This document shows, piece after piece, positions 61,307 through 64,000 of a stretch of 64,000 nucleotides of DNA (within the stretch, counting starts at the first letter, position 1; the number at the start of each line of letters is the position of its first letter). Where the stretch lies: assembly GCA_963813185.1 (NCBI GenBank), contig CAWEYA010000019.1, positions 44,561-108,560 on the forward strand, written 5' to 3'. Position numbers and translations under genes: made by a program. Under the pieces are notes generated by a model. The model did no database searches. It had not been told where the DNA came from and saw only the letters and a list, made by a program, of their open reading frames with translations. The DNA comes from an uncultured Acidobacteriota bacterium. Its GTDB lineage: Bacteria; Acidobacteriota; Terriglobia; Acidiferrales; UBA7541.

Positions 61307-64000
61307 CTACGCACGCGCTTCGAGCTTCACAGCACCGTCGCCGCACAGGCGGCAGACTTCCCGCACGAGTTCCTGATCCGCCCGCACGCGCTGATCGGCG
61401 CGAAGCGTGGCTACCGCGCCTTCCGGCGAAACCAGATCAAACGCGACCGAGCACGAACCGGGCTTGTTCGCGAACAGCTCCTTCAGTTCATCAAGCACCC
61501 CGGCATCGACCGTCTCCAGATTTACCCGGACGCGCATCACGCTGGGAGGGCGCTGCCCGATGTCTTCGAGTTTCCGCGCGTCCATGACCGCGAGGCGCGT
61601 TCCGGCCTCTTCAACGTTGACCCGGCCTTTCAGAAGCAAAGGCGCATTGCTCTTATACACGGCTTCGAGACGCGAAAACGATTCCGGAAAGGCCAGAATT
61701 TCGAGCACTCCGGTCATGTCCTGCAGCGTGAGAATTCCCCAGCGCTCTCCTTTGCGGGAACGCATGCTGCGCATGGCCACCACGATGCCCGCGACGGTAA
61801 TCTCTTCGCCGCTGCGCCGACCCTCCACGCCAGCGAGATCAATGGCTCCGAGTTCCGCGAGCTTCGACACGTATTTCGAGAGCGGGTGGCCGGAAATATA
61901 AAAGCCCACCGTGGCAAATTCCGCAGCGAGCGTTTCGTGTTCGGGCCATTCTTCGAGGTCGGGCAGGGGTTCCTCGGCGGGTTCGGCGGCCGCCGAGGCC
62001 CCGCCAAAAAGGCCGTGCTGGCCGCTGGTTTTTTCGCGCTGGCGGCGCTGCGCCTTCTCCATGGAGCGGTCAATGACCGCGAACATTTGCGACCGGCGCG
62101 ATCCGAGCGAATCCATGGCGCCCGATTTGATCAGACTTTCGAGGACACGCTTGTTCAAGAGCCGCGTATCAATGTGATCGCAGAATTGGTAGATCGAAAT
62201 AAAGCGCCCGAGTTCCGCGCGCGCGTCGAGAATTCCCTTGACCGTGTTTTCTCCGACGTTCTTGATGGCCCGGAGCCCGAAGCGGATGGCTTCGCCGACC
62301 GGAGTGAAATCGAGATCGCTTGAATTGACATCGGGTGGGAGGACCGTGATGCCCATGCCGCGCGCCTCGTTGATGTACTTCACCACTTTTTCGGTGTTGC
62401 CGGTTTCCGACGTAAGCAGCGCGGCCATGAATTCGACGGGATAGTGGGTCTTCAGATACGCGGTCTGATAGGCGAGCAAGGCGTACGCGCACGAGTGCGA
62501 CTTATTGAAGCCGTACCCGGCGAATTCCGCCATCAGGTCGAAGATCTTTTCGGCCTTTTTCGCCGGTACTTTTCGCGTGGCGCATCCGCCCAAGAATTTT
62601 TCCCGCTGCGCCGCCATTTCAGCGTGGTTCTTTTTACCCATGGCGCGGCGCAGAATGTCGGCTTCGCCGAGCGAAAAACCGGCCAGGCGGTTGGCGATCT
62701 GCATCACCTGCTCCTGATACAGAATCACGCCGTAGGTTTCTTCGAGAATTTCTTTCAGCTCGGGCAGGTCGTACGCGACTTTCTTTTTTCCGTGCTTGCG
62801 GTTGATGAAGTCGTCGATCATGCCGCCCTGGATGGGGCCTGGGCGGTACAGCGCGTTGAGAGCGGTGAGATCCTCAAGTCGCGTGGGTTGGTAGCGGCGC
62901 AAAATGTCCCGCATGCCGTGCGACTCAAATTGAAAAATCGCGGTCGTTTCCCCGCTGGCGAAAAGTTTGTAAGTGGCGGCGTCATCCAGAGGCAGCGTGC
63001 TCAGATCGATGCGCGCGGCGCGATTCTGCCCGATCATGCGCACGGTGTCGTCCAGGACGGTGAGCGTTGTGAGGCCCAGGAAATCCATCTTGAGCAGACC
63101 GATGTGTTCGAGGCCCTTCATGTCGTACTGCGTGGTGATTTCATCCCGGTTGGACTTGTACAGGGGAACGATGTTGGTCAGCGGCTCGGGCGAGATCACC
63201 ACACCCGCGGCGTGCGTGGAAGCGTGCCGCGCGAGGCCCTCCAGTCGCCTGGCCACTTGCATCAGATCCGTGTAGCGAGCGTCGCCGTCGATCAAGCTCT
63301 TGAGTTGCGGCGCCTGTTTCAAGGCTTCATCCAGCGTGATGTTGAGCTGCGCCGGGACGAGTTTCGCGATTCGATCCACTTCTCCGTAAGGCAAGTCCAT
63401 GGCGCGGCCAACATCTTTAATCGCCGCTTTGGCCGCCATGGTTCCGAAGGTGATGATCTGCGCCACGTTGGAACGACCGTACTTTCCCGTGACGTATTCA
63501 ATCACTTCGCTCCGGCGGCGCATGCAGAAGTCGATATCGATATCTGGCATGGAGACGCGTTCCGGATTGAGGAAGCGCTCGAACAGCAAATCATATTGCA
63601 GTGGATCGACGTCCGTGATCCGCAGCGCGTAACTCACCAGACTGCCTGCCGCGGAACCGCGCCCCGGCCCCACCGGAATTCCCTGCGCCCTGGCATGATG
63701 AATAAAATCCCAGACGATCAGGAAATATCCGGCGTAGCGCATCTGCTGGATCATCCGGATTTCATTGGTCAGGCGCGATTCGTATTCGGCCAGCGTCTTG
63801 CGGAGCAAGCCGGCCTTGGCGCGCGCCTCGAGGACCGGCAAGCGGGATGCGAAACCTTCGCGGGAGACGGCCTCGAAATAACTGTCCACCGTGTGCCCTT
63901 CGGGAACCTGGAAGTCCGGAAAGGAATTTTGCACGGCGTCGATCTTTACGTTGCAGCGCTCCGCGATGGCCACCGTGCGTTCCAGCGCCTGGGGAATTTC
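61307..64000 (-). CDS. dnaE: DNA polymerase III alpha subunit, N-terminus beyond the window
   Basis: GFNKSHSCAYALLAYQTAYLKTHYP and other DnaE core motifs. The ORF stays open to the window edge. Confidence 0.9.
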   Translation of the reverse strand, partial: EIPQALERTVAIAERCNVKIDAVQNSFPDFQVPEGHTVDSYFEAVSREGFASRLPVLEARAKAGLLRKTLAEYESRLTNEIRMIQQMRYAGYFLIVWDFIHHARAQGIPVGPGRGSAAGSLVSYALRITDVDPLQYDLLFERFLNPERVSMPDIDIDFCMRRRSEVIEYVTGKYGRSNVAQIITFGTMAAKAAIKDVGRAMDLPYGEVDRIAKLVPAQLNITLDEALKQAPQLKSLIDGDARYTDLMQVARRLEGLARHASTHAAGVVISPEPLTNIVPLYKSNRDEITTQYDMKGLEHIGLLKMDFLGLTTLTVLDDTVRMIGQNRAARIDLSTLPLDDAATYKLFASGETTAIFQFESHGMRDILRRYQPTRLEDLTALNALYRPGPIQGGMIDDFINRKHGKKKVAYDLPELKEILEETYGVILYQEQVMQIANRLAGFSLGEADILRRAMGKKNHAEMAAQREKFLGGCATRKVPAKKAEKIFDLMAEFAGYGFNKSHSCAYALLAYQTAYLKTHYPVEFMAALLTSETGNTEKVVKYINEARGMGITVLPPDVNSSDLDFTPVGEAIRFGLRAIKNVGENTVKGILDARAELGRFISIYQFCDHIDTRLLNKRVLESLIKSGAMDSLGSRRSQMFAVIDRSMEKAQRRQREKTSGQHGLFGGASAAAEPAEEPLPDLEEWPEHETLAAEFATVGFYISGHPLSKYVSKLAELGAIDLAGVEGRRSGEEITVAGIVVAMRSMRSRKGERWGILTLQDMTGVLEILAFPESFSRLEAVYKSNAPLLLKGRVNVEEAGTRLAVMDARKLEDIGQRPPSVMRVRVNLETVDAGVLDELKELFANKPGSCSVAFDLVSPEGAVATLRADQRVRADQELVREVCRLCGDGAVKLEARA

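Overview
High-GC bacterial chromosome segment. The gene content (CarboxypepD_reg-type secreted proteins, a Ser/Thr kinase-TPR gene, a variant Ccm system) suggests Acidobacteriota, but that is inference only.

Layout:
- 1-26.0 kb: late half of a podovirus-like prophage, running from terminase through portal, scaffold, capsid, fibre-like, adaptor-like and nozzle-like genes to the lysis cassette. Terminase, portal and scaffold carry frame switches and repeat insertions; the capsid, nozzle-like, fibre-like and lysis genes are intact. Low-GC moron islands lie at about 9.94-10.29, 17.54-18.44 and 21.16-21.76 kb. No integrase, att site or tRNA was found in the window.
- 26.0-27.05 kb: non-coding junction with a roughly 400-bp C-rich tract.
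- 27-64 kb: core genes. These are a DsbA-like protein, nadE, an IscA/ErpA-like protein, an IDH-family dehydrogenase, a Tat amidase, an MFS transporter, a heavily frameshifted Ser/Thr kinase, a ferredoxin and a DUF420 protein. They are followed by ctaB, ctaA, a cupredoxin-like lipoprotein, an octahaem cytochrome c, split cytochrome b, Rieske, hemH, ccmDCBA, an unknown gene, ccmHFE, accA and dnaE (partial).

The main signal that ordinary annotation does not explain is two layers of structured intergenic repeats:
1. At least 22 REP/REPIN-like double-hairpin units headed by GTAG or GTGG. Their stems co-vary. One RAYT (Y1 HUH transposase) gene is bracketed by two of these units, inside the prophage.
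2. Thirteen loci of 7-nt tandem arrays with strict polarity. GTGAnnn arrays follow stop codons and often supply the stop; nnnTCAC arrays precede the next start. Together they form long inverted pairs.

Related CACAGAG and CACGGAT inverted arrays also occur. Repeat units sit inside the portal and scaffold reading frames.
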